A stretch of DNA of 64,000 nt from Cirrosporium novae-zelandiae (lineage: Eukaryota), in the NCBI GenBank assembly GCA_026023565.1, contig JAPETS010000001.1:496001-560000 (forward strand), written 5' to 3'. This document shows, piece by piece, positions 22,620 through 35,211 of the stretch (position 1 is its first letter; each line of letters starts with the position of its first letter). The position numbers and the translations under genes are program-made. The notes below the pieces were generated by a model, which saw nothing but the letters and a program-made list of their open reading frames with translations, was not told the origin of the DNA and made no database searches.

Positions 22620-25600
22620 CTGGTCCTGGAATGGTTTTTTTTTTTTTTACCAACGACACCAATCAATATATCCTCGGGTATAATCTGGCTCCCCTGGCTC
22701 CTTTGTACTCCTTATGTGAGCTTCCTGGATAATTGTATTTCTAATGTTACTTTACGATTCCAAGAACGAAAAAGAAAACGAAGAAGAGGTATTCTTGAAG
22801 AAAATCAACTTGCTGAAGGGTACTAATTACCTTAATGCGATTACACCCTAAAAGTTTTCTCTCTCTCGCACACACATATACATACACGGACTTTATTATG
22901 TACCTGCCTACCCACACAGGTTCCAAAAATGAAGCAGGATTGATTCACACAAAACTCGTTTCCTCACTACACTATTTGCCTTACCAAATGATGGGTGTCT
23001 TATATCTAATGCATGTATATGTCAAATATATAATATTTAACACAAGCAATAATCATCATCATCATTATTATTATCTTGCGAAACAAACAATGGTAATAGG
23101 AACAATAAACCATTAGTAAACTTTTAAAAAAGCAAAGCCAACAACTCTTAGTCTACCTACCTAACTAGCTAAGCTAAGCCAGAAAGGAACGTGGGATATC
23201 TACAGTATCTATCCGTTAGATAATTACTTGAGCGGATACCATACTGTACCTAGTGTTAGTGTTAGGAAACTAGAAAAAAAAATGATCGATCTTAGGAAAG
23301 TAGGTAGACTAGCTAGGCCTTTAACTATAAATAAAATCACTAGCAGTTTTTTTTTTGTTTTTTGCAATACCAAATTTATATTTGAATTTGGATTTGAATG
23401 TCCCCTTAAAGCTGAAAGAAGGATGAAAATTAATTTTGTGTGAAGGCCGCCTGCACAGGAAAAATAATAGTGGGAAAGAAAAGGAAAGGAAACGGGGATT
23501 CGGGGATTTGGGGATTTGGGGATTTGGGGAGGAGTTTATTTGGGGGATATATAAGAGGAGGGGGGAGGTAGTTGGAAGGGGGATTTTTAATAAGTAACGG
23601 TAGTGTTGAAAGCGTTCTGCAGTAGTGGTAGTGGAAAGTAGAAAGGTTTGATTGTTATACTTACTTACACATACACTTACATTGACACTTGCTGTCTATC
23701 CTACCTTCTATTTTTCCCTTTTCTCCTCCTCCCTTTCTTCCCCCTCCCTTCTACCCCCCTACCCCTACCTATATACAACCATGTCAAATTCCAATATCCC
23801 CCCCCCCCCCCCCACACATACATCCACACCAAGCAAGTAATTAACACAGCATAGCATAGATTTCACTCTAGATATATTCATATTCATATTTGGAGAGAGA
23901 GAGAGAGAGAAATAACGATGGGAAAGAAAGATGGGGGAAGTTGGAGAGGAGGGGAAAGTTGGCTGACTGAAGGTGAGTCTTGAGGGCTGGGAGAGGAGAG
24001 GGGAGTTGGTTGATTGAGGATAAGGGATTTAGATAGTCTAGTTATAAACCCTTTTCCTCCCATTATTAAATATCAAGTTGTAAGCAAGTAAGCTATGAAT
24101 GAAAAACACTAGGCAGGTAGGTATAAGACTTGAAACGGACGGACGAAGAGTCCCTTCCTTTGTAATTATCCATCCATCCCATCCTAATTGCTGTGTTGTT
24201 ATAGTTGGGAACCAAAAATAAAGTAAATGAATCTTATAAATCCCTCAGAAGTCTCTCACAGTTCTTCCATCAAATATAAAATGAGATGTTTTTTCTTATT
24301 CTTATCCTTGTTTTAACTAACTGATTTTAGGAACCGCTACTTTTGAACGTTTATCCCATAGTTGAAAGAAAGCATGAGGGAGGGGGGAAGGGAAGAGAAG
24401 GGAAGGGAAAGAAAGGGAACTTAGGGCGTTGGGCGTTTGGACAGAGAGATATTTTTTCTTCCAAGGAAGGGTGAGGAAGAACCTTGTTAGTAACAGTAAT
24501 AATAAATATCTTGATTCAGTCAGTCTATTTTTTCAAGTAAGCAAGCAAGCAAGTAAGTAAGTAAGCAAGTCCATGCAAATCATAAATCTTTGATATTGAT
24601 ATTGATATTGATATTTTTTAAGCCTATGGAAGGATATAAACTACATTATACTATATACTATATATCTTATAGTCTATAGTCTATAGATAGGTCCGGGTTC
24701 GATACCCTATCCAGTTTAAAAAAAATTATATAAATCTCTCTCTCTCTCTCCCTCTCCCTGTAATAACAAACAAATCCACTCCACTCGCTCCCTTTCTTGG
24801 ATTGATTCATCTATCTGGATTAATTAATTATTTCAATAGGAAAAAAGTGAAGTGATCATAAAAAAATGGGTAGTTGTTAGTTGTAGTTTGTCACACACAC
24901 ACATACATACACACACGCACACACAACGCTTCTACGAATTTGGAGAAGAAGAAGTAGAAGGGGCTGATTTGATTTGAACCATGTGGGTTAGTTACCTAAC
25001 TTATGTTCGAGATTTTAGAACTCTTGAGGAACTTTCTTCAGGGAGAATGAAGACAGACAAAATGATAGAATCTTTTCTAAACTCGACTTGCATTCATCAA
25101 TCGTTCGCAAAGATCCCAAACCAACAGACAGACAGCATGAACAACATTCTATACCAGGAGACATCGACGCATCGAGGTGGATCAGAAAGAATGTGGTTCG
25201 ATAAAAACGATTCCGATTTTTTCTAATTCTTTTTAGAACAAAACGGATTGGATAGTTACCATAAAGCTTGTAAGCCGAGAAGAAAGAATAACTTAGTCGA
25301 ATCCCATCTATCAGTCAGAAAAAAAGAAAATACCCATTTGCCGTTGTTTGTTTCCAACGAACGCTCTCTCTAAGATAAGGGAAGGGCTGAGTCTAAGGGC
25401 TTCAAATGCAGGAGGGAGTTATCGATAGACTAACTGGTGTAGGATCTTTTATCTACTCTATAAAGTTGTAGGGCATAGGACCAGACTATCACTTTATTAG
25501 GGCAAGGCAAGGAACCCTAATGTAAGCAAGCCCCTTAAGTGACCGTACTCGAGTACTGTAATATAAAAACTCTATGTATCTATCTATTCTTACTGGAGTA

Positions 25601-25993
25601 AGATTTATTGCTATTCTATTCTATTCATTTTTATTCCCCGCGCGTGAGTACCCAGTACCCAGTACCTACCCTAATACAATACATGTACATTTACTAATAA
25701 AATCATCTATTCCTTGGTTAGACTACCAACTTCCCTTTAATTAGATCACACGGTTAGTCTATCTCTTTTGGCCCCTCCCCTTTTCTTGCGTAACATATAT
25801 ACACTTACACCTTACACCTACACCTACACCTATGTCGTATTTCATGTATCACTAACTTATTATCCTTTTTCGGTTTTTCTTATGTGTTTCTTGTTTCTTG
25901 TTTTGTAGGAGCTGGAATGGAATGGAATTTTGTGAAACAAGTACAGGGCCCGTACGTATTTGTACTTGGAGAGTACATGGAAAGTATGATTGG

Positions 25994-26024
<31 letters not shown>

Positions 26025-26640
26025 TATCGCACATTTATACTTATCTATTAGATATATTCTAATAATATCTAAACAAGTACATAAGTACCTGAAGGAAGTT
26101 GAAATCAACTATATTTATGTCCCTGTATGTGTTCTTGTGTGTCTGTATACCTCTATCCTCGACCTCTTCGACCTCGATCTCCGCCCTCTGCAGTAACGTA
26201 GAGGAGCTGCTACTAGCTCATAATAGGGGAGGTATTACATGTACATGTACATACGACTATATTATCATTTGGAGGAGACACCGCGGATCTCTGTGTTGCT
26301 GCACGCTTGATAGAAAAGGAAAATAAATCTAGGTATCACGGTGGTGGTTCTGGAGGCCGGGGAGAATCGGTTGGAGGATAAGAGTATTTTGACGCCGGCA
26401 GCTTATTCGACGATTGTTGGATGGAAGGGGTATGATTCGTTGATGGTTAGTGGGGAATTGAGTTGAGTGTTTTTTCTGTTTTTTGGAGGAGGAGGGGGGG
26501 GGGGGGGAAGAAGGGGGCTAGAGAGAAGAAGAAAATTTATTCGGAGTTTTTTTTTATGGGGTTGGGGGAATAGAAACGGAGTGATGTTTTTTTTTGTTGA
26601 TGATGATGATGATGATGTGAATAGTTTTAACTAATCTATA
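22620..26640. repeat. Microsatellite/homopolymer-rich intergenic island
   Basis: (GGGATTT)n ~23495-23530, poly-C ~23798, (GA)n ~23893, (AAGY)n ~24535, (ATATTG)n ~24592, (CA)n ~24892, (TATG)n ~25996, poly-G ~26494 and (GAT)n ~26599. Confidence 0.85.
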
Positions 26641-28110
26641 ATAGCTCCGCAGCCGAATGCCGGAAAAAAATTTTACTCCATGCCTTGAGGCAAAGTGCTG
26701 GGCGGATCCAGTGCCATTAACTATCTGATGTACGTTCGTGGCTCGCTGAAAGACTATGAAGAGTGGAAGGCCCTGGGGAATAAGGGGTGGGGATGGGAAG
26801 ACCTGCTACCTTATTTTCGAAAACATTAGACTATTGACTTGCCTCCTAAAGCTGATGGGACCAAAGATGCTACCCAGTTCAGGCTGCATACAAATCACCT
26901 CAAGTTGCATAGTACAAGTGGACCGATTCATACTTCCTTTAATGACTATTGGTTGCCGGTAGAGGAGAATTTTGTCAAGGCTGCGTATAAGACGACGGGG
27001 ACGAAGAATACGCTGACGGATGCCCGGAGCGGGGATCATTTGGGTTTTTATTCCAGTCTTGGGACTGTTGATCGGATCGAGAATCCTGGAACTAGGAGCT
27101 ATGCAGCTACGGGCTTCTTGAAGCCTAATCTTGGACGGCCGAACTTGAAGATCTTGACGGAGGCTCTGGCGACGAAGGTGTTTCTTGATGGCAACACTGA
27201 AAAGGGGGTCGAGTTTACCTACAAGGGTAATATGTATCAGGTGTGGGCGACGCAGGAAGTTATTCTTAGTGCTGGCGTCATTCAGACTCCACAGCTTCTT
27301 GAACTTTCGGGTATAGGCAACCCTGAAATTCTCTCAAACGCTGGCGTTGAATGTGTTGTTGAGAACAAATCTGTCGGTACCAATTTCCAGAACCATGTGC
27401 TCACTGGCATGGTCTACAATCTTGTAGACAGTATTGAGTCTCTTGATGCGTTTCAAAATCCCGAGTACGCGGCGGTCCAACAACAGATCTATGATAGTAC
27501 GCACAAGGGCCCTTATGGTTCTCCAACGTTATGTATAGGGTTTCTCTCCTATGCATCTCTGGTCACACCAGAAGAACTTGATGCCACTATAGCGGAAATC
27601 AAAAGGAACTCTCAAGCCAAGACGTCTTTCGAGAAAGCACAAGAAAAGATCATTGTTGATCAGCTCCGAGATCCGAAATTCGCAAATCTTCAGGCCTTTT
27701 GTGTTCCCTGCAATGTTGACATCACTGCCGGTGCTGACCAAGTGAAATTTTTTTCACCACCGCCCCAAGGCAAGAATCGTCTCTCACTAGGTATCGCTCT
27801 TGAGCATCCATTATCCCATGGCACTGTGCATATCAGTTCGAAAGATCCAACAAAGCCGCCTGTAATCTTATAGGGACTGCAAGTATGGGCGAGGTTGTGG
27901 ATGACAGGTTGAAAGTGAAGGGGAGTGAATAGTCTGACAGTCATAGATGCGAGTGTGTTCCCAGGACATGTAAGTGGCAATATTATGAGTATGACATATG
28001 CGGTTGCGGAAAAGGGGGTAGATTTGATCAAGGAGGATCATGGAATTGAGGTTCACAGTTCATTCTTGAAATTAACCGAAAGGCCTCGGCCATCAACGGA
28101 GTGGACGTAA
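26117..28110 (+). pseudogene. GMC oxidoreductase pseudogene (aryl-alcohol/glucose oxidase-like)
   Basis: YDYIII/GGDTADLCVAARL (frameshifted, mutated GxGxxG), [32 protein letters not shown] and VIDASVFP..SGN. In-frame stops at 26686 (TGA) and 26827 (TAG), frameshifts near 26270 and 27922, and an apparent deletion near 27870. Confidence 0.9.
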
Positions 28111-28343
28111 CGCATTACTTCAACTAAAAAGCCAATTATAAAATCAAAAATTGTTGCATACTAATTCAGCTTTAGATATTTATTTGGTGGTGAAATATGA
28201 GAGTTTCATATGGGTCAATTGAAACTATATTGCTTTGGGCAATTTCATTGAATTTGGAGAGACTGGAGGTGAGTCCAAACATAATTGAGTAGATGAAATA
28301 TCTCCTTCAAGGACAGGAGTAATGCATACACGTGGTGATGATA

Positions 28344-30062
28344 TCATTTCCTTCCCATTGCCTTTTCTATAAGCTCCAAGGCTTTACAGACCTTCTCATC
28401 AAAGTTCCTTCTACCAACCAACTGCAGACTGACTGGGGCTCCAATGTAACTCTCCGGACTATACAACTCATAATTATACTTGTCCTGGTCGTTCATCGGC
28501 ACGTATCCCTCTTCTTTTTTGTCCTTCTCCTGATCTATGAATGTGACTGGGAAGATGGCACATGGGTAGTCGAGTAGGTTCCATTGAGAAGTGTAGCCCC
28601 AGTACCTTGCGCATTCATGAGGTGGTGCGCAGCTGGGAACTGCCGGGCATAGGATAACATCGACTTCGTCGCTGTGGGCGGTTTTGGTACTACTCCAGTG
28701 AGCGGCATAGTCTTCACGGTAGGCGTCTCTTTCTGAGTTGAGCTTCCAAAGTTCGTGCATATCTAGAGATTTGACAGTCGGCTGTTCTTTGGTGATAAAA
28801 TCAGTCAATGAAAGTACTGGCTCCCCAGATTCTTTAATTGGTCGTAGTGCATCTTCCCCTCCATCCGGAAAATATAAAGCAGAAACAATATCCCATGCCT
28901 TTTCGTGGTTCAAGGGCTCCCAGTCAAGAACGACCATACCAGCAGCTTTACAAGCTTCGGACACTTCCTTCATTGCACGAATAATGGGTGGATGAGGTTT
29001 CACGACTCCATCGGACCATTCAATGGCAATTTTTAAAGGTCTAGAGTATTCAAAGGGCGTCCATGGCATGGGAGTTAGAGAGGGGTCATATCGCCAAGGT
29101 TGTGCATCGAGAACAGTTTTCATGAAGAGATCAATTGTGTCACGGTGTGTGCAGAGAGGGCCATAGGTCCCAAAAATGGTGTCCCGGCCTGCATTCGCGG
29201 CCTTCATGCCTTTTAATGATACTCGTTTTGTGGTTGGTTTGAAGCCATAAATTCCATTATTACTGGCCGGCGCCCGTACACTTCCTCCAATATCACCACC
29301 AAGACCCTAATTATTCGCTGTCAGAGGGTGAGTTAGAACGGATCACTTGGAAAGTACTTACGAAAAGACTTCCTCGAATTCCAACTAGGGCACCCTCTCC
29401 ACCACTACTTCCACCAGCAGTGAGATTTCGGTTATAAGGATTCACGGTTATTCCATAAATATTATTGTTGCATTCAAGGTGCATGAGTGTTTGTGGTCCC
29501 GTAGTCCGTACGTAGTAGACACATCCAGCATCATATAATATATCGTTAAGTCTATTTGGCAAAGAAGGTGTTCCAATCCAGGCGACATAAGAAGCATGAC
29601 AGGTTTTTCCATTCATTCCATGATGCTCCTTTACAGAGATTGGGAGACCGTGCAGTGGTCCAATAGGCTCTGGTAAAGAATCGAGATACTTTGCTCGTTC
29701 AATGGCCTCATCCCACATGAGTTCCGTGATGCAATTAGTCTGAGTATATCAGCTATTGCCAAAAAAACAAATCAATCCAACGCGGTGCTCACAGCCTTGG
29801 CAGCAATCGCAGCCCTTCTAAGGAATGCCCTTGTCAAGTCTTCAGAAGAAAGCTTCTTGGATCGAAGCATCTCCAGAAGCTCTGAGATTTCATAATTTTG
29901 GGTGAGCTCATATTCTCGAGGTGTAAGAAGCTGTCTGGGCAGCTCTTGAGAACTCAACGGGAGTGGGTTAGGAAAACCATTCAGCGGAGGTTCAACTTTC
30001 GCAAGGGTGGCATCTCGATAATCTCGGGCTGACTGCGCTTTATCTTGCCAGGTAGTTGCCAT
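28344..30062 (-). CDS. Amidase signature family enzyme (acetamidase/FAAH-like), multi-exon
   Basis: GPLHGLPISVKEH, GGSSGGEGAL, GLGGDIGGSVRAPA (Ser-cisSer-Lys triad), YTSQWNLLDYP and PVSLQLVGRR. Confidence 0.95.
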
Positions 30063-30488
30063 TAGTACAGTATTTTAGGAAAATATTATATGAAATGACT
30101 TGGAAGAAGATTGCTTACCACCATGGTATTACCACGATTGATATAGAGCCTAGCTCCAAGTTCTCCATTACCTGCTTAGAATAGGAGTGGGGAGTATGCC
30201 CATAAATCTCTTATCAGGAACAGGAGCGAGGTAAGATATGAACGATGATGGATTTCTATGGTGCTCACGTTCCGATACAGCTATTACATTAGCTGCCCTA
30301 CCTTCAATGCATTCTGATGACCAAGAAAGTCTGCGGGCAAATACGACAATCTTGTAATCATTGTGCGCTAAGCTCCGCTCCATGGACATTGTCTCCCAAA
30401 CTGGCTTTCAATGTCACACGCTTGTAGGGGGGGTAATGCTGAAAGGTTTATTGGTCCAATAACAAGATCTTGAGGCTCAATGTTGTTT

Positions 30489-30571
30489 ATCAAAGAACTT
30501 GATGCCGACCTATTATAATCCTTACATGACACCCTAAAAGCGTGTGACATTGGAAGCCAGTTTAGGAGATC
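30489..30571. promoter_or_regulatory. Shared promoter element, copy 1 (upstream of amidase)
   Basis: ATCAAAGAACTTGATGCC...ACCTATTATAATCCTTACATGACACCCTA..CATTGGAAG....TAGGAGATC, matched by the copy at 33441-33549. Confidence 0.7.
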
Positions 30572-30840
30572 CATCGTAATTATTTTCTAAAAGATTGTCA
30601 GGTTGATGAGATAATTGATAGCTTTCTGCAAAGCTCTTCTGGGGAATGCCAATGGTTTATGCGTCATCCGAGCTCCAGTTCTTATAGACTATCAATTGAG
30701 TTATTTCTCTGGTACTTTCGTCTATAATTCCGATCCTACTGTTCATGTCGAATCGGATTTTACAACGCACTATCAACCTCAACGACATACTCTAAATTCT
30801 AAGATTTTCTAACTCTTCCCCATACTGGCACCATTTCCTT

Positions 30841-32973
30841 TTAGACCCTCTCATTTGCCTCTCTAATAATCACAGCCGAGTCCTTCACTTCTATATCTCC
30901 TTCTGCAATCCTTTCTTTCAGCTCTTCTTTCTCCACCTGTTCCCTGGCAGCAATTCCTTCAATAAGTGCCCGCTCAGCAAACTTATGCGGCACAATAACA
31001 TCATCTTCTGCAAAATAATTTGTCTCCTTGACCCGGAACCAGATGATACAAAAGACACAACAGAGGCCAACGCCGTAAATCACAAATTGTACGATTAGCT
31101 GGTCAATATAGGGGACAGTCTTTGAGTCGAGAACGAAGGAGATGCACATGCCCAAGGACGTGGTACCTTTATACATTCCAGAATAGCGAGCACATCTCAC
31201 CGGATCATTGGTCAGAGCCGATATAACCCATTGCACAACAATCTGGTAGCCAGCGTAGATTATCTGGATCATGTTTCTCAAAATTAGTCTCCTACATGAA
31301 GCCATATGCATAGTTATTTGGATGGAGGAAAGTAGCATGGGAGAAGAAGGAGACAATAAGGTCAAAAAATTCCGGGAATATAGAGTTTGATTTGGGTGGG
31401 GTGAGGTTAGTATCATAAGATATAGTGTAGGGAACTTTTGCAAATAGCCCATTTGATCCAATTCCATTTAGTGGTATCAAATGAATAATAAATGGATGAG
31501 AGGAACTTACACCAGAAAGCAAATAAAGAATGAATCCGGCCCCAAATGCGTCAGATGTCCAATCAGCTGCGGGTGAAGTATGATTTTGATTAATATCATT
31601 TTTTACAATCCAGGTTGCAAGACCCGCATTGGTCCCCATCGTAATAACGCCCATAATGCCTAAGCCGAGCATTCCTCTAAGACGCCTGGATTTTATTTTC
31701 TCGCAATCCATGATGTATGCTAAAGCCAAAGGGACTGGAATCTCAATGAACTGGAACATGACATTATTCAAAGATCGGGTGCGGAGATTGAAGTAATAGG
31801 CTGGGGGAAAAAATTAGCAAAGGGCACCGTCAATTAATCACGGGTGGACATGCAATTGATACTACTCATAAGGGCAAGGTTCATTTCACCCACAAAGATG
31901 GCTGGAAGCATGATGATTATATTCAGGTCCATAAAGCATGAAAAGACACCCTTTATCTCGGTCCAGACGTGGGCCTGTTTGAATATTGCGATATGAGTAC
32001 CATCATCTCGAACGACTTTCCTAGGATCAATAACGAAGATCAATGAAATGGCAATTGCACAAAGCATCAAGACAATGAATACAATATAAACGGGGGTAGA
32101 GACTCCAGTAGCAGCTGTCTGATGAAAGTTGCATCCAAAAGCTATGAATGACCCGACTGTTCCACCGAAGCACGTCAAGGCCCATTGCCAAGTTATGAAC
32201 TTGGCTTTTTCAGTTTCCGTTGCATATGCAAATTGTACGAAGCCAGCAGTAGTCCAGAGTATTCCGGCAGTAACACCTAATATAGCACCGCCTGTATGAT
32301 CATTAGATTGTGCTGAAACACTCACAGTGGGTTTTTACCAAAATAAGGGAACCATTTGTTGCCGACCCTGTCAAAATACCAGAGCGAGCCTACATAAAGT
32401 GGATATCCTATGCAACCCGTAGCCCTGCGATACATAAGCTCATGGGATAGCTAGCTAGCATTGTTAGAGGCATACAGAGTTAACCTTGGTCCAAGAAGAT
32501 TAAGGATGGACCCGCCTGCCCATCCGAAAAGAGTAAAGAGTCCATATAGAATTCTAGGAATCATTATCAGTTTGTCTAAATGTTCCTTTGTATAATTAAA
32601 TATCGACGATATAATTCGGGAAGCCTCCAGGCAGAACGAATTTTACAGCCTCAACTATTTTACTCTCCGGTCGTAGCTGGGTAACTCACGCATTCGTAGT
32701 TGAAGCCACATCCTGAGAGCTTGGCCTGCCCCCTCCTAAAGACTTTCATTAACATATGAAGCGAATAGAACGATAGAAAAATCATCTTATTTTACCAGCA
32801 CCAAGGCCTGTAAGGGCTAGATATATGCCCGGTGTCAAGAACAAGACACTATGAATCCACACTCAGCAATTGAATGAACAGGAGATCAACTAAACATACC
32901 ATCCAACAACAATATTCTGATTGAACGGCCTATTCAACCGAAGCAAGCTTTTTGCCTTGGACGACGAAGTCAT
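30841..32973 (-). CDS. UNC-93-like (DUF895) MFS transporter, multi-exon
   Basis: Spliced product reads NQNIVVGCVLFLTPGIYLALTGLGAGGG, GYPLYVGSLWY, KVVRDDGT, YFNLRTRSLNN and WVISALTNDP..ARYSGMYKG, with about 12 hydrophobic segments. Confidence 0.85.
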
Positions 32974-33440
32974 TATATTTTTGGCTGCAAAGGCTCTAGA
33001 AAAGTATTTGAAAAAATAGGTCTGGACGAAAGTGACAAGACAGATTCTGGGAAGCTGGTAATAGCTGCAGTCTGTCCTTTTTATTTACAAGCAGAAACAT
33101 GGCACACATAAGTATGCAGCTAGCTGATGTCTCCATTCTTGAGGCTTAAAGAAGCTAAGCAGTGGTTATCAACTGTAAATCCCTGTTCTTGTGATGAGCG
33201 ATAGTCACGGAGTACTCCATCATCCCCGAAGGTGATAATATCACTGTCTCTTATCGGTGGGAGATGAGGTATCTCGACAATATTCCCTCCCCTCTGGCCA
33301 CTTCAGCTCAATGGGTGATGCATCAATAGTGGTTAGATATGGAATACCGGACCTCTGTTTCTGAAAAGGTCATCAACATAGTGAGGAATACTGTATGAAT
33401 AGTTCGGGATAGCTAGGGAACCCTCAGGCCCAAGCTTCAA

Positions 33441-33549
33441 ATCAAAGAAGTTGATACCTGATTCTGCCTGAAAATAGTTATCTAACCTATCATAATCCTT
33501 ACATGACATCCCTACCCGCGGTAGCCATTGGAAGACGTTCTAGGGGATC
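33441..33549. promoter_or_regulatory. Shared promoter element, copy 2 (divergent MFS/PhyH promoter)
   Basis: ATCAAAGAAGTTGATACC...ACCTATCATAATCCTTACATGACATCCCTA..CATTGGAAG....TAGGGGATC. Confidence 0.7.
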
Positions 33550-33802
33550 GGCACATACAACCAAACGCTCTTATCTACTCTTTCAGTGACCTTGGTAGCT
33601 ACCTCTTCCAAATGGTGCTAGTATATACAGGAAAGACCTAGAAATAATTACAGGAAATGAGGGGGAAGGGCTATACTTGATGTAATGCTATATATTCGCT
33701 ATGTGTTCTCTACTCACTTTCTATAGTTTGGATTATAATTTCCGTCCGAGATCATCTTCACCACCTTCAACTTTAGAAAGAATAGCAAAAACAACCATCA
33801 AA

Positions 33803-34890
33803 ATGGTTTCTAGTGCGACTGCTGATGATATACCCGAGTCTACCCCAGTCAAAAAACAAGCGCTTATGAGTTCCTTATCTCCCCTCCCTCCAGTCCATGC
33901 TCTCGATGCTGCTACCACGACTAGTAATGACCTTGTTAATGAACTCAAGGTCGCCGGTGGTGTTATTATTCGTAATATGTTCACACAGGACGAGCTAGAC
34001 CAGATGGAGAAAGACTTAAGACCGCACCTAGATAGAGACATTCCATGGAAGGGCGATTTCTTTCCCCCAGAGACTCGTAGGGCATTCGGTCTGGTAAGTA
34101 AGTCACGAACTTTTGTCGAGAGAGTGATCGCAAATCCGCTCTGGTTGGGAGTATGTGATGCACTGCTTTCCAGCCATCTAAAGCATAATTGGGTGGGTGC
34201 ATTTCGTGTTAACCTCCTCTGTTGCTTATGCGCTGAACTATTCTATCAGGTCGGTAACAAGAATGAAGAAAGCACGAGTATTCCTCAATTGAATAACACG
34301 GTCTGCTTCAGTATCGGGCCGGGGGCCAAAGACCAGCCCCTTCACCGTGACGATGCTATTCACCACAATGATCGCCCTGCTGTGGCAGAGCATCATCTCG
34401 GTCGCGATACAGGAATTGGTTTCTTTGTGGCTGGGAAAAAAGCAACAAGGCAGAATGGAGCGACGAGATTTATTCCTGTAAGAACGCTGTTTGTCTCATG
34501 CGAATCTGCGCTCATTTTCTTTCCTCTCGATAGGGCTCTCATCTTTGGGACTACACCGAGGGACCTCCCAGAGAAGACCAAGCATTTTATGCAGAGATGA
34601 AGCCTGGGGATGCATTCATGGTTCTATCTGGATGCTTTCACGGGGGAAGCGCAAATAAGACCGCTGACGAAGAAAGACTGTTATATTCATGCTTCTTCAC
34701 GAGGGGATGGATGCGCCAGGAAGAGAATCAATATCTGTCATACGATATTGAGGTTGTGAAGAAGCTGTCACCTGATTTGCAACAAAGGGTTGGATATGGA
34801 TTGAGTAAACCTTTCCTGGGATGGGTTGAACTTTCCACCCCTATGAGGATTCTCCACCCAGATATGGAAAAGTACGGTGATTTGTGGTAG
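33803..34890 (+). CDS. Phytanoyl-CoA dioxygenase (PhyH)-family Fe(II)/2-oxoglutarate dioxygenase, 2 introns
   Basis: IGPGAKDQPLHRDD (HxD), NGATRFIP|GSHLWD, MKPGDAF..CFHGGSANKT..ER and RQEENQYL. Confidence 0.93.
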
Positions 34891-35211
34891 ACATGTGGTT
34901 TCTCACAGGCGTGGGATATGAAGTACCAGAACCACCTCTGTTGCCTTGAGAGGTTATATTCTTATTCGACTTTTGTTAAAGGAGGGTTTTCTATACCCAT
35001 CTACTATAGCCTTTTTAGATCAAACAGCCGGAATGCTATGTTTCTAGGCCAGCAACGTATGAGCACATGTTTGATATTCACCCAAGGCTGTCCTATTAAC
35101 CCATTTTCACAAAGATACAATTAGTGACTACATCCTTTATATTTTCCGAAGATTACATATAAACTTTTTGGTGGCTTTGCATGGTATTTATATCAAAACA
35201 ATCACCGCCAT

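Noticed and set aside
23781..24400. ATG and splice-like signals in the SSR island
   Set aside because: No coherent open spliced frame could be assembled.
24693..24710. GGGTTCGATACCC T-arm/B-box-like hairpin
   Set aside because: No D-arm or acceptor stem nearby; an isolated fragment.
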